DNA of 61,270 nt from contig JALAGF010004571.1 in assembly GCA_030167865.1 (NCBI GenBank), positions 1-61,270 on the forward strand. Reading direction: 5' to 3'. This stretch comes from Craspedostauros australis. Lineage: Eukaryota. The position numbers and the translations under genes were made by a program. The notes under the pieces were generated by a model. The model was not told the origin of the DNA and did no database searches. It worked only from the letters and a program-made list of their open reading frames with translations. This document shows, piece by piece, positions 45,351 through 57,913 of this stretch (position 1 is the first letter of the stretch; every line of letters starts with the position of its first letter).

Positions 45351-48300
45351 CTATGCAACAGCCCGCGGTTCGATACCCATGAGCGGACCGAACTTGTTGA
45401 GAAGAACCTTCTGGACGAGACCTCGAATATCCTGGCTCTGGACTCGAATAAGGCTACAGATCAACGGGAAGAAGTCCGATTTCAGACGCTCCATCTGGCC
45501 CTGCTCGAGTCCTTGCATCGCCTTCAGGATGCCCACGACAACGCCCGCGAACGAAGTGCAATAGATCGCCACCTTCCCGGTGCCTTCAATGGCGTGCCTC
45601 CATTCGTTGGGATCGACGGAATGACCTTCCTTCGATTCCGAGTCCACGAACTTCGTAAGGATGTCATGAATGATGTCCAGCAGGTTGTGTGCTGCGAACT
45701 TCTCTCTCTCCCATTCCACAACTGGGGACTGATCGGTCGTTTCGGCTGTGCACCTGTACAGATCTGTGAGGACATTGATGATCGAATTCGCAGCACCTGC
45801 AGACTGTGTCAGGAAGAACATGGCGCTGCCCTGCGTCGTTGATCGCTGGGCCAAATTCACCAGGTCCTCCTCTCCGACTTCTTCCATTCCAACACCCCAC
45901 GCGCTCAGCATGTCCTCCTTGAAGGCATGGTTCAGATCTCCGTCTTCGACTGCGCTCTCTGCCATCGCCCTTGATTTGTCCAGCAGTTCGACGACCTTCG
46001 ATATCTGCGCCTCTTGCATCAGTTTGAGCAACGGGACATCCAATGACGACAACGACTGCTGAAGGCAGTGGGCGGAAATACTCCTCAGCTTGAGCAACGG
46101 CACCAGATCGAGCCAATCCACATCGTCTTCTGATTTTTGCTCTGCGCGTGGAGCATATCACATAGGTGCAGAGTAAAGCAAGACAAATAACGGGGGCAAG
46201 TTGAGATTGCGGTGATGTTGACAAGACCAATGCAGGTGCATGAGTAATAGCGTGATGCATCACTGGTAGTAACATACTCCAAGTAGCGTGACGCATCACA
46301 GAATAGTGGTGGATTGCGCAAACGTTTCACTCCGTTTTGCACTGAAATCGGCACGGCTCTTTTCATCCGAGACACGATGAACAGGAGAGCGAAGACAATG
46401 GCCAAAAACCCAACCCAACCCAACCCAACCTATCTGCACGTACCTTGCAGCGGACTTTCAGAAGAATCACCATTCGCCTCGCCTCCGTTGTTTTCATTCA
46501 TGTACGGTTTGAGCTTCAGCCGAAGCAACTTCGATTGGATCTCTTCCTGCTCTCGGAGTGTGGACTCCAGGCAAGACAGGAATAGCACGAAAATATCATT
46601 GGCCCATTCAATGCAAATGTCGTCATCATCCATAGCACCGACCCTTGATTGCAGTCGGTTGAACAACCTGCGAAGTTCCATGCAGGATGTTCGAACCAGC
46701 GCCTCGCACGTGGACCACACCATAATATCAGCATCACCGTTGCCACCATTTTGAGCGGCACCCGTGGATTGCTTCTTTCCGTTGCACCATGACGAGATCA
46801 TGGCCGATATCATCGGCCAGAATAGCTGCTTCCCCTCCTTGCCATGCTGAAATGCAACCTCTGTGATGACATCAGTGAGCAGACCAAGCGCTATCGGAGC
46901 CGTTGTCGCAATCCAGCTGCTGGGGAAGGGCTGATCTATGATCTTGGCTTCGACTGATTTGTTCAAAAATTTGTACGCCTTGCTGACATCGCCGTCACCG
47001 CCGTGCCTCATGTCCGTGAAGCTCGCCTCAACGATAAGTTCCACGGGCCCGAATTTCCGCCTCGGCGATCTCTCGGACTGCCGTGCCACCATTTCGAATT
47101 CGTGCAATCCTTCATCGTTGATGGACGGTGGCAGCGGCGGTGCTTCCACCAAGAAATCGAGGCTGGAGACAGCCGGCGATTCGGAGATGATGGTCACGAC
47201 ACGAGAGGAATCAGCTTCCACAGCTGCCTGGATTGCTGGCACGATCGTCTGATCGAAGATGGCATGAACTTGTTGGATGGAGAATAGGTGCTTGTACCGC
47301 AGCACGATGCTTCGAACCAACAGCACGCTGCCTCGATGCAGGAGGCAGCCAACACCGCCCTCCACGCTCTTTTCTGTAGATTGGATGCCGCTCGCGAGAC
47401 TCTCGAAGAGCGGCCTCCACAGCACCAGTTCCAATGCCTCCTTCTCCGAAAGTCCTTCGTAGGTGTATCCGAATGCTGCGGGGTCAGTGGTTTGGGCGCC
47501 TGAAACTGGATACTCCACTCGTCGTTCTGCCAGAAGGTCGGCGAAGATGGCGACATGACACAGTGCTCTCATTGAGAGGCTTGCTGGGCTGGGCACGCCG
47601 CTACTTTGCTTGATGAACGCAAGCGACGTGCTGTACATGAAGATGAAGTCCTCTGCGTTGGCATTGCGGTTTCTTTGTTCGAATGCGGACAGTTCTTCCG
47701 TGGCGGGGCTTGTGTCATCATCATCCTTCTTCGTGCCCTCCGCTTTCTGTGATGATGTTTCAGATTCCGTGTCTGCAGCATCATGAAGCCGAAACAGCAG
47801 CTCCAGATGCTCGTCCAGCAACCGCTGCATGATGTTCAGACCCATCATGTTTATTCTGTCGCTTGGGTCGTTGGCTGCGGAGGTGATGATGCTGAACACG
47901 ATCTTCCACCCGCTCTTGAGGTTGTGAGATCTGGTCTGCACGATGTTGTCGATGCACTGCAGCACCAGCTCACGGATATCAGCGCGCGTGCCTGGATTCT
48001 CAATCACCTGCAGGAAGGGCATCAGGAACATCCGCTGGAAGTTGAAGTCGGACAGCTCCGGTTTCTCCAGGAACTTGAAACTCAGCTGCTTCAGCGAGTC
48101 CATCGCGAAGACACTGACCATCCCGTTCTTGTGACAGCCGATCGTGGCGAAGAAGTCGGACACCATCTGCCAGATCTGCTTCCACACCAACCGAGGTCGC
48201 GTGTGCATGTTGTAATCGGCGACTTCTACGAGGCGTTGCAGCGAGAAAATGCTGCTGCCTTGATCGCCATGAGCGGAGCCTGTTGTCTGGCTGATGCTGC

Positions 48301-51300
48301 CGCTACCATTGGCGGCGCCGGTGGTACCGCCGCCATTCGCGTTTGCCGCAGCGGAGGCATTGGTGTTTCCGGAGCCTTCAATCTCGGACATGGAAACTGC
48401 AACCAGCTGCCGAATAAAGCTGGCCAAACTCCTCGAACTCAGCTTGACGGTGGAGGAGAAGACCTTGTCGATCAGGACCTCGTTGACAGACTCCAAGATG
48501 GCCCGGCCGTTGTTCTCTTCTGTTTCCTTCGACAGCTCCGCCTTTGTCTGTTGTCGGAAAAGGGTGCCGTCAGCAAGCCGTTCAACGGGACGCGACTTCG
48601 TCTTTCTCGGCGTCGCATTCACGGTAGCACCATCGTCCTGCAGGAACGAGTCATCGGCGTCCAACCCAGATGCAGACATGCGCATCCTCGCGAGCTTGGA
48701 GATGCATTCCAGCACCGATCCCCAGCTTTCCTCCAAGTACTCACCATCCTGAACAGCGATGCTGAGCAATGTCTTGATTGCCGCGATATTCTTGTGCTTC
48801 ATCTCCTTGATGGATCCAAGGAATGTGAGCTTTGCCAATGAATTCACAAACGTGTCACGTGCCAGAGACATGCCGCTGTGCGCGGCGATTCGGATGGCAT
48901 ACACGAACCCGTTCAAGCACACGGCCGTGCCTCGCTCGTCGTTGGAGAATTCGAGAACCTGAGACAGAATGCCGATCATGGGTCCCCATGTCACATCGAA
49001 CATGGGCTTGACGACGTCGGCCGGCGACACGTTGTCCGTGATGGCACCGTTGCTGCCTCCAGCCGTCGTGGCCGTTGCGGTAGCTGCGGCGTTTCCACCG
49101 TTGCCGCTGGATCCCGCCCTGCCTCTGGCTGGTCGCCGCCGGATGAGCTGCTCCGTCGCTGCGAGCATTTCGTCTCTCTCCTTCTGGAACTTTCCTTTCT
49201 TCTTTTCTTCCGTGCTGGCGCCGAACAGAACATCCGGGCTGAAGAAGATGCCATCCAGCTGCGACTTGGCCACCTTCTCTCGCGCCATGTCATCCTCCTT
49301 GAGACTGAACGGACGATCGCGGATACGCTCGAAGATCCCGATGAGAAAGTCCCTGTCGAGGTCGGCACCATTCTCACCGATGCCTCTGTTGTTGGCGATG
49401 AAGGAGTCGATGGTCATGCGGCGTTCCGGCTTGATGGAAGGGTTGTGCAGATCGGTATTCAGCATGATGACCGAAAAGGCCAGGATGAATGCGGTGTCGG
49501 CGGAAGCAAAGACGTCCGGATTTTGTCGCGTGTACCGTTCCGCGAACTTTTCCATGATACGGTCGATCTTCTGCGCTTCGCCTGGCAAGCGGAAGCCTGA
49601 GAGGAAGAGGCGGATGGCCTCATCGAATTCCAACCCTGCCAGGTCCATCGCGTCGGTGTAGTAGTACAGTACGCGCACGTAGAATCCGCGGCCGCCCTTC
49701 TCAGCATCGATGGGTTCCTTTGGCACGCCGTCATCGATCTTTGGCTTGATGAATGCGGCATCCGGCTCCTTCCCGAGCACCTCTCCAGTCTGGGTCTTGT
49801 CGATCTTGTCCTTGTTGACCAGAAGAAATCTGGCCAGGCTCCTCGCATCCAGCTCCACGAATCCGTTGTCGATGAAGAAGTTGAGGCCACCCTTGATGGA
49901 CAGCGTGAACTTGACAGCGCCCAGCTCAAAGTTCTGCTCCTGGTTGCGCTTGCGATCGAAGGCGTCGACTATGCGTCCCGCCAGATCGGACGATGATGCA
50001 TCCGCGTTCGACAGGGCGGTGTGCCGCGCGAGATCATCGGTGGTGAGACCACCGCTGGTGCCCGTCGCTGACGCTTCAGTGGTGGCAGGTTGTTGCATGT
50101 CACCGTTGGCGTTGTCACCATCGAACGGATGGATCGAATTCTTGGACATATCCAGCGTGCCGCCGACGGACTCCAACTTGAGCAACGAACGAATCTTGGA
50201 TCCTGCGATGTCAATTTCCGAATGCGTGGCATCGACGTTGGTGAATTCATCATGCAACAACGACACGGGTTGCGTGGACAGTCCCAACGCTTTGAGGAAT
50301 GCTTTGAGGATGGTGACGAGGACCTCGACGCTGGAAAGGCTGACGTCAAAATCGGAGAGGGCGTCCTTGGTGGCGGTGGCAGCGGCGGCCTCCACTGGCA
50401 TCGCCGACTTGCCACCGAGCTTGGTGAGGCGGAAGACGATGTCCTTGTACAGGTTCATGGCCTCGAAGTCGCAGTCGTAGTTGAGGAAGATCTGCGTGAG
50501 CATGACTGGGTCGTTGCAGAGCGATCGCAACGATTCGAGGACGAGGGCCTTCTGCTGGAGGGAGGAGTTTGGCGAATCGAGGACCCGCAGGAAGATGTTG
50601 CTCATGAAGACTTCGATCTCCTTCTTGAGATGCGATTTGAATTTGTAGACCATGACTAGGAATATCCGTTGCGACATGAATGCGACCTGGGTGTGGTTGG
50701 ACATGCAGTTTTTGAGCATGGTGACGCAGAGCTGCGTTTGCACGAGATGGATGAAGCGTTCTCCCTGGCAGATGGCATTGCCGGCGCACTCCATGACCTG
50801 CTGCAGGAGCTCCAAGCTGAGGACCTTGTTGCGCAGAGCGACGGGATCCGTGGTGGTTGACATGGTGAAGAAGTTGACAGCGGGGAAGTTTGCTGCAAAG
50901 TTGGCCAAGGTGCTGGGCGTCTCATCTTCATCCCCGAGCCTCTTGGATGCCAACCTGCAGAGGCTGCGGAAGAGGACGAAGGCGTCCGTGTGATACTGCG
51001 ACTTTTGATCCGGATGCGCCTTCTCCATGGCCTCCATCTTTCCAAACACGGTGCGCAGGATGGTCATGAGCGCTGACTTTGCGGCATGCTGACAATCCTT
51101 CGTCTTTCCGACTAGGTAGACGTGGAAGGTCCCCCTCAAGGCAAATAGCATGCTGGCCTCGTGCACGCCGCAGTTTGGCGATGTGACGATGGCCTTGTTG
51201 CAGTTGACGACCTTCTCCAGGACGGAATCGTTGATGGACTCGCTGCACTTGCAGATCCCTTCTAGGGTGCGATGCAGGAGCGATTGTGGTGGCGGGACGA

Positions 51301-52598
51301 CCTGCGCTTCCTGCTGCTGCGCTTGTGTCTGTCGCATGTACGCCGCTCCCGAACCAGAGGTGTCATGAATACCTCCTGCTCTGCCGGAGACGTAGTGCTT
51401 ATTGACCAGGTCCGTGGTCGTGTCCAGCACCCATTGGCACGCCTTGGTAGTTTTGGAGTCATGGTTCATGACCAAGCAGAATGCCTCCAGCAAGGCTCGA
51501 ATGGCTGCGTGCATCGGTTGTCTCGTTTTGGGATCATCTTCCACGATCGCGGATGCATCTATGTTGGGCGTGTTTGCGTTTGCGTTTGTGTTTGCCTTTG
51601 TGTTTGTTGTTGTGGATGGCCCCACTGTGGATGGCCCCACTGTGGATGGCCCCACTGTGGATGGCCCCACTGTGGATGCTGCCGCTGCTGTTGCTGCCGC
51701 TGCTGTTGCTGACGATTCTGTTTGATCATTAGGCGTGGCACCTGTCGGCGAGTTTGGTTGAATATCTGTGGTTGCCAGCGTTGCCTGCGAGACGTTGATG
51801 ACATCATCCAAGTCATCGGAAGTGGAGTCTGGGTTGGTTGTGAAATCCCCCGCGGTCGATTCGAGATCGTCATCCACTGTGGCAGTTGTGACCGTCATTG
51901 AATCTGTTTCGTTGCCGTTCTCGGTGGAGTGATCATTGTGCATATTGTTGGCGTTGGTAGCGTCGCCATTGTGTTTTGCGGCCTCCGCCGCCGCTGCTTT
52001 CTCCACCTTCATCCATTCTGGTTCTTCGATGGTGCCGACGGGCGGCCATCGCTCCCTCTCGAAGTTCTTGAGGAGCAGAATTGCTTCCTGCAGCTTGGCT
52101 TGGACGGCCTGTCATGCGGTTGGAGTTGATGAGGATGTGAGTGTTATGAAGGCAGTGTTATGAATGCCAGTGTTATGAATGCCAGTGTTATGAAAGCAAT
52201 GTGATGAATGGACAGATGGGATTGAGCATGAATATGAGCATGAATATGAATATGAGCATGAATGTGTTGTGTGAGTTAAGGTAGTTCAGGTTGCAATCTT
52301 AGTGCGCTTGATAGTCCAATGCTCAGCCATTCACTTCTATTGTCTGCTGTTGTATTGAACGTTGGTGTGATAGTAGGCGCGATAGTTGATGCCATAGCAA
52401 CACCCAAACAGCCTCGTGACTCACCCGAAACCTCCTCCCTCTGAGCTCGCGCTGGATCTTGCTGGCCATCGGCAGCAGCTGCTCATGAACATACTGATAA
52501 TGCGGGCTTGCCGCGGTCTCATCATCCACTCCCTGCGTTCGATCGTTGGACAAGGCGGCTGAGAACCCAGCCAGCGCTCCGGACACCAGCGACGACAT
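45351..52598 (-). CDS. Large Sec7-domain ARF guanine-nucleotide exchange factor (BIG/Sec7 type); exons 52598-52425, 52108-46444, 46141-45351
   Basis: DCB/HUS region (FLNYDCD), Sec7 motif FRLPGEAQKIDRIMEKFA and IMLNTDLHNP, and HDS domains (FAMDSLKQLSFKFLEK.EL..FNFQ..FL.PF; NLKSGWK). Splice phases are consistent. Confidence 0.95.
51611..51678. repeat. Coding 15-nt tandem repeat x4.5 (encodes STVGP)
   Basis: (tgtggatggccccac)x4 + tgtggatg, perfect copies. Confidence 0.95.
52141..52265. repeat. Intronic tandem repeats (GTGTTATGAATGCCA)n and (ATGAAT/ATGAGC)n
   Basis: Read directly in intron 1 of the Sec7 gene. Confidence 0.8.
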
Positions 52599-53625
52599 CC
52601 TCAACGGAGAGGAGTGTGAGAGTCGAGTTGTGCTCTTTCAGTTTCTCTTTTGTATGGCCTTTGCTTGGTACCTTCCGATGTAACGTGTCTTTGGTTGCGC
52701 CAATCGCAACACAAGCAGAGTGTGCCTCTGCGGTATGACTCTGCAGGCAAGGGTACAGCGTTGCTCTGTCTCTGTCTCTGGAGAGAGGGAATGTGACAGG
52801 TAATCCGATGAACCTCGGAAGTTCGTGCCGCAAATCCAAGCCCAGTGGCAACGGCAACAGCAACAGCAACGCCGCACAACGCCACACAACGTCCGCCTCC
52901 AGTCCTTCGGAGATAGAGATCAAGGCAACCCAATAGAGATTCGTCTGCTCGAGTCGTGCTCTTGTTGGGAGCTTGAGTGGATAGTGGAGTATAATAGAAT
53001 ACGATCAACTCAATCCGCTGCGGTTGCGACTGGTATAGCTCCGTACAATAGGTCGTGCAATGGAATGGAGTACGTGTAGTATTATGGAATAGTATTATGA
53101 TGGATGCTCCAGGAAGCTGATCCAATGTCTCTCTTGTCCTGTCTTGCTTGGTCTCCAACGTGATCCACCAAGAAAAGATGTCCTTTTCTCGTCATTGCCA
53201 GTCGTTTCGTTTTGGTGGGATCCGTTGCCAACCGTTGACCTTTTTCTCTTGTGGATGTGTGTGGGGTCATGCGCGAGCTCTTCTGTGGTTGTTCGCCTGC
53301 TTGTTTCTACATTCGTTCGCAGGCTACACTATCCTTCCCTCCGATCCACAGTACTCTCCTCTCCTCTCCTCTGCACATGGACAAACAATACTATTATTAT
53401 CAACCTACCAATACTCGAATTCATCCTTCAGTGGAAAACTGCTATCATGGCAAGAATACTCACAATTGCTATTCTGAACGTATTTCTACAACGGTCGAAT
53501 GGATCTGCTCTAATACTTCATTCTACCACATCTACGAGTGTCGTAGCTTTCAATTCAGTTGCACTCTCTCCAGAGAAAGAGAGAGAGTATCGCAGAGGAA
53601 TCGTACTCGTGCGTCCATACAAGCA

Positions 53626-56606
53626 TCATATGTCCGCAGATGGCTGGCCAACCTCGTATCCTTCCTGCTGCCCAGCAGGCCTCGCCGTGTCGCCGTCTGC
53701 TGTCGCCGTTCCTGTTGCGGACGCAGCCACGCTGTGCTGGGTCAGGAGGTCCTGGGCAGTCTGGTACAGGATGGCGTTTGGCGTTTCCACGGGAGGCGGG
53801 CCCAGGATCGCGACCGTGGCTCCGTGGTGCGCGGCTGGGCCCATCACGTGGATCAGCTGGGCTGGGGCAGCTTGGACGTTCGTTCCGATGGCGGTCGCTG
53901 TTGCGATGGGAGCTGCGGCCACCAGCGTCGTCGCCAGTGCATACGTGCCGTGGGCCATGGCAGCGGCAGCAGCACTTGCGGGGGATGCCATCATGCCATC
54001 CGTCGGTGCATTGCCATGTGCGTTGGCGTTCAGACCCGTGTTCATGTTCATGTTCGTATTCGTATTCGTGGTGTTGTTGCCAACGTCAGCGTGGTTTTGT
54101 ATCGTCTGTAGCTGTGACTGTGATGTTGGTGCGGCAGCTGTTGCTACTGTTGATGTTGATGATGATTCGCCAGCACTCTTGGATCCTTTCGCTTCCCCCT
54201 TGCCAGCATCCGAGCGTTTCTTGCGCTCCAGATCGCCACGTCGTTCGCACACGTTGTGGGCGAGAGTGTTGTGGAATCCAATCTCACGACCCCAAGCGAA
54301 TGCGAGGTCGCTGAAGTTTGCGTACGGGGTGCCGCCGCTCAGGAGCAGGATCTCCACCATCGCCTGTTGCATTGTGATTCGTTCCGTTGCGATACATTGC
54401 GTTTATTGGTTGTAGCATCGCACGAGGGAAGATGCGGCATCGGGGACAATGTGAGAATTGAGGAGGCATACGACTACTTGTCGGAACATCCGGGACAACA
54501 CTTGAAGTGCGTTGGCATGACACATCGCACAATCATCAAAACATGCACGAACAAGGTGCAACAATAGATTAAAGACCATAGAGTGCTCCTCATGTGGACA
54601 ACGTACCAACTGCCTTTCCCATGACTCCAGCTGCGTTCCCAAATTCTCGACGGGGTACAACCCGCGCGCACGGCGTTCGCTGTTGCGATGCCATCCCGGC
54701 TCCCGATCGATGCCATCGCGCAGGAATGCCACCAACGGCATGATAGGCACGTCGTCGGGTGCGCGTGGCGGGTCAAGCGGGTTGTCCTTTGCGGAAATGA
54801 GCACGGGCTTGCTGGATTGCAAGCTGGACGGCTTGTAAGCGATCGAAGATGGCAAGATGCTGTCGTACACGGAATCACCCTCCGGAGATGGTGGCATGGC
54901 TGTGCCGCGCCGTCCCTTGATCTTTCCCGGTGCCATGGATGGGTAGTTCGCGTCTCGCCAATGCCGCTTGCACATGCCCTGATGGGTGCCTTGCGCTTGC
55001 TTCTCGCAGCCTGCGACCTGTGAGGAGATGGTGCGTGCATTGGAATTAGTGGGATGGAAGAGCAGGCAACCGCTCAACGCGAAATATGTGAGTTTGCTTT
55101 CTTGTTTGCTTACTTGTTTCGACATGAGCAAGATGGCATCATGTACGTATTCATTCGTTGCGACAACACCACAGTCATGGTCGTGCGCATGGCTGCATCA
55201 GAGCATAGCAGCAGACATGTGTTTGTCCATCGACTTTGCTTGGAAGGGCTTTGACAACAGGAGGTCGGGCGTTATTCCGCGGCATCCAGTGGCATTCCAA
55301 GCAACTGGAATGATCTCGCAAACAGTGATGATGATGATGATGATGATGGTGGTGGTGGCGGCGATCGAGCATAGCGCAACACGATAGCACGATGGCATGA
55401 TAGCACAATAGGACAAAGCATGCAGCAAAACGCACAGTGTTCGAATGAAAACACCATTGCATGGCAACGTACCTTGCAACGCTTGGCCTTGGCCCCGTGC
55501 CGTTGGCACATGCCTTGCGATTTGATGACTTTCGTGCATCCAGGATGACGGCACAGGCGTCTCCTCTTGGACGGCGGCTCCTGCTGCGAAGCCATGGCCG
55601 GATCGAAGCGAACTTCATGATCCATTCCAGCGTTGGGAATGGCTTCGGCGTCCACGTTGTTCTGAACCATCTGCATGGCAAATCCTTTCGCTGCTGCGTC
55701 GATGTCTTCATCGCGCTCTGCTCTCTTTCCTCCAGTCTGTATCTCCGCGGGTTCGTTCTCCTGCAACGTGCCGGTACCTACTGGAGCGCACATGAGCACC
55801 CCTGTGCCGTCTTCTGCCTGTACTGGCGGTGGCGCAACGGGATGTGCAGTCATGATATGTGCATCATGAAGTTGCTGCTGTTGGTGTTGCTCCTGCTGCT
55901 GGTGTTGCTCCTGCTGTTGTTGCTGTTGGTGTTGCTGTTGTTGTTGTTGTAGGTCTTGGTGATGCGGCATCGACTCCTGTTGTTGATGATGCTGTTGCTG
56001 TTGCTCGTGTTGTGGATGATGTTGCACCTGCTGTTGGTGATGCTGTTGCACTTCCATGCCCATCGTTTGCACCTGAGGCTGCCCCTGAGGTTGCATCTGC
56101 ATGTGGATATGCTGTTGCTGATGTTCCTGTGCGTGCAGCTGCAGGGGTGTCTGATGATGCACCGGCATCTGCTGATCCTGGTGAACGTGGCGGCCATCAT
56201 GCTGTTCTTGTTGAAAGTGAGGCTGAGCAAGGGATGGGTCCTGTGCGTGCACCTGTACTTGTGCATGTTGCTGAAGTTGTGCATGTTGCTGAAGTTGTGC
56301 TTGCGGCTGCATATGTGTTTGTGCGTGTGCTTGTGCCTGAGCTTGAATCGCTGCTTCTTCGGGGGTCTCACCTGGCACGTGAGGTACTCCGGCTGGTGCA
56401 TGAACTGTTGAATGCATGGTGTTCTCTCCCATTCCCACGGAATCAACAGCCACAGCCATAGCTATGGCTGGAGAGACATCGCTGTTGCCATCGCCGTTGG
56501 TGACATGATTGCCATTGTGTGTGTTGCCATCGTGCACAGCCACCGCTGCATGCGGCACTGCTGGCTCCACCTGATCCATTTGACCCACGTGCTCTTCTGT
56601 TGACAT
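53626..56606 (-). CDS. Q/H-rich protein with two WRKY19-like C-x4-C...C-x2-H zinc-finger repeats; exons 56606-55473, 55017-54607, 54363-53626
   Basis: Spliced product reads CRHPGCTKVIKSQGMCQRHGAKAKRCK|VAGCEKQAQGTHQGMCKRHW, with an NLS-like KRRR and a polyQ/H N-terminus. Introns are phase-0 GT-AG. Confidence 0.82.
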
Positions 56607-57656
56607 GCTTGAACAATGAAGGCTGATGTGCTGATGGGCAGCTGGAAGATTGTTCGAAGAAAGTTGGTAAGGGCTGGAAGACAGTCGATGACAATTGGAG
56701 CAACTGACAATGAAGTTGAAAACGAGGCTTTCAACTGGGTCTGATGATCTCCACGCCGACCTCCTCTCTTTGCGTTTCCTCAGTTGACTCTTGTGTCGAT
56801 TTGCTGAGAGGTCTCGATTGCTGGAGCTGCTGCTTCAGGTACGTTCCAGGCAGTGGTGCGGACGGCCGGACACTGCTGTCGCTGTACTCGCGATGCCGAA
56901 GAATACTTGATGTGGATACTTGTTGAGTCCACTTGTGTCAGTGCGAGTAGATCGTACCTTGTTGGTAGAGAGTACTTCTATTGGTATGGCAGGGTGCTCG
57001 TCAGTGCTGTGTGTGCTGAAAGCACGAGTAGTTGCAGAGTAGCTGCTCTGTGCTCGCGCAAAGTGGAAAGAGTGGGAGAAAGAAGGAACGAAGATTGAGC
57101 AGAGATGTGTGGAAGCGAAGTTGTGGAGACGATCCGAGGATGGTATCTTTGGTGTCTCATCAAATAGCTCAAACTGCGAGTTCGAGCTCCTCTCTTGCCT
57201 TCGCAGGGCCTTCTTGGTTTGTCTTGTTGTTGTTGTTGCTGTTGTGGGAGCCCACTCGCTCTTCGCGAACTTCTTGTGTGCTGATCGTGTTTGGCGCTGT
57301 CGTCCTCGTTGTTGTTGTTTCTTGTGCTTGTTGTGAATCGTGAAGAATTCTGCCACGATCTACGACTACAAGTTCTCGTGTTTGTTGTGGCGTGTGGTTT
57401 GTCAATTCTCGATACATCAACAGAAGTATTGTAAGAAACCAAAGTGTACATCGACGATGGTACTAATTTCAATCAAGTCTAGAAACTCTGATCTCCTCTC
57501 CAGAGCTCTCGCTTGTCTGGATGACGCGGCAATGTGGTTACTGCAGGATGGAAGCAGACGCATGGACCAATGGTGCTTGCAAACTTGCATGCAGCGTCGA
57601 ATGTTGGCAGTGTGTGTAGCATTCGATGCGATTGTATCAGAGGAGGGAAGAGAGCA

Positions 57657-57845
57657 TATTGATTCCAGTCCCGCACGTGACCCGACTGACCGGCGTACGC
57701 AAAGTGCGCACCTCGCGCCCACTTTCCTCCTAGAGCAGATCAAGACACTAGCAGGAGCCAAGACCGCAACTCCTCAGCTCAGCAATGTAATATCTCATAA
57801 TATTAGCGAACAACATTGATTCACACACTACTCGTCTTATTGACA
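57657..57845 (+). repeat. Putative 5' LTR (3' end ...ATTGACA at 57845; 5' end uncertain: TATTGAT 57657 or TGTCAAT 57400)
   Basis: Terminal CA lies 68 nt before the gag ATG. The partner LTR is outside the window, so the boundaries are inferred. Confidence 0.5.
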
Positions 57846-57859
57846 GTTGTTCGCTAATA
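57801..57859 (+). promoter_or_regulatory. Perfect 14-bp inverted repeat pairing the PBS position with an LTR-internal sequence (candidate self-primer)
   Basis: TATTAGCGAACAAC (57801-57814) is the exact reverse complement of GTTGTTCGCTAATA (57846-57859). Confidence 0.75.
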
Positions 57860-57913
57860 GGCAACGTTTGAAAATCTCGGTCACCAAGACCAGCATCACC
57901 AAAAATCATCACC

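Noticed and set aside
53144-54415. 423-aa plus-strand ORF
   Set aside because: It is antisense to the last exon of the WRKY19-like gene.
57639-57656. Purine-rich tract before the putative LTR that looks like a PPT
   Set aside because: A PPT belongs before the 3' LTR, and there is no RT/RNase H sequence upstream. It is treated as host flank.
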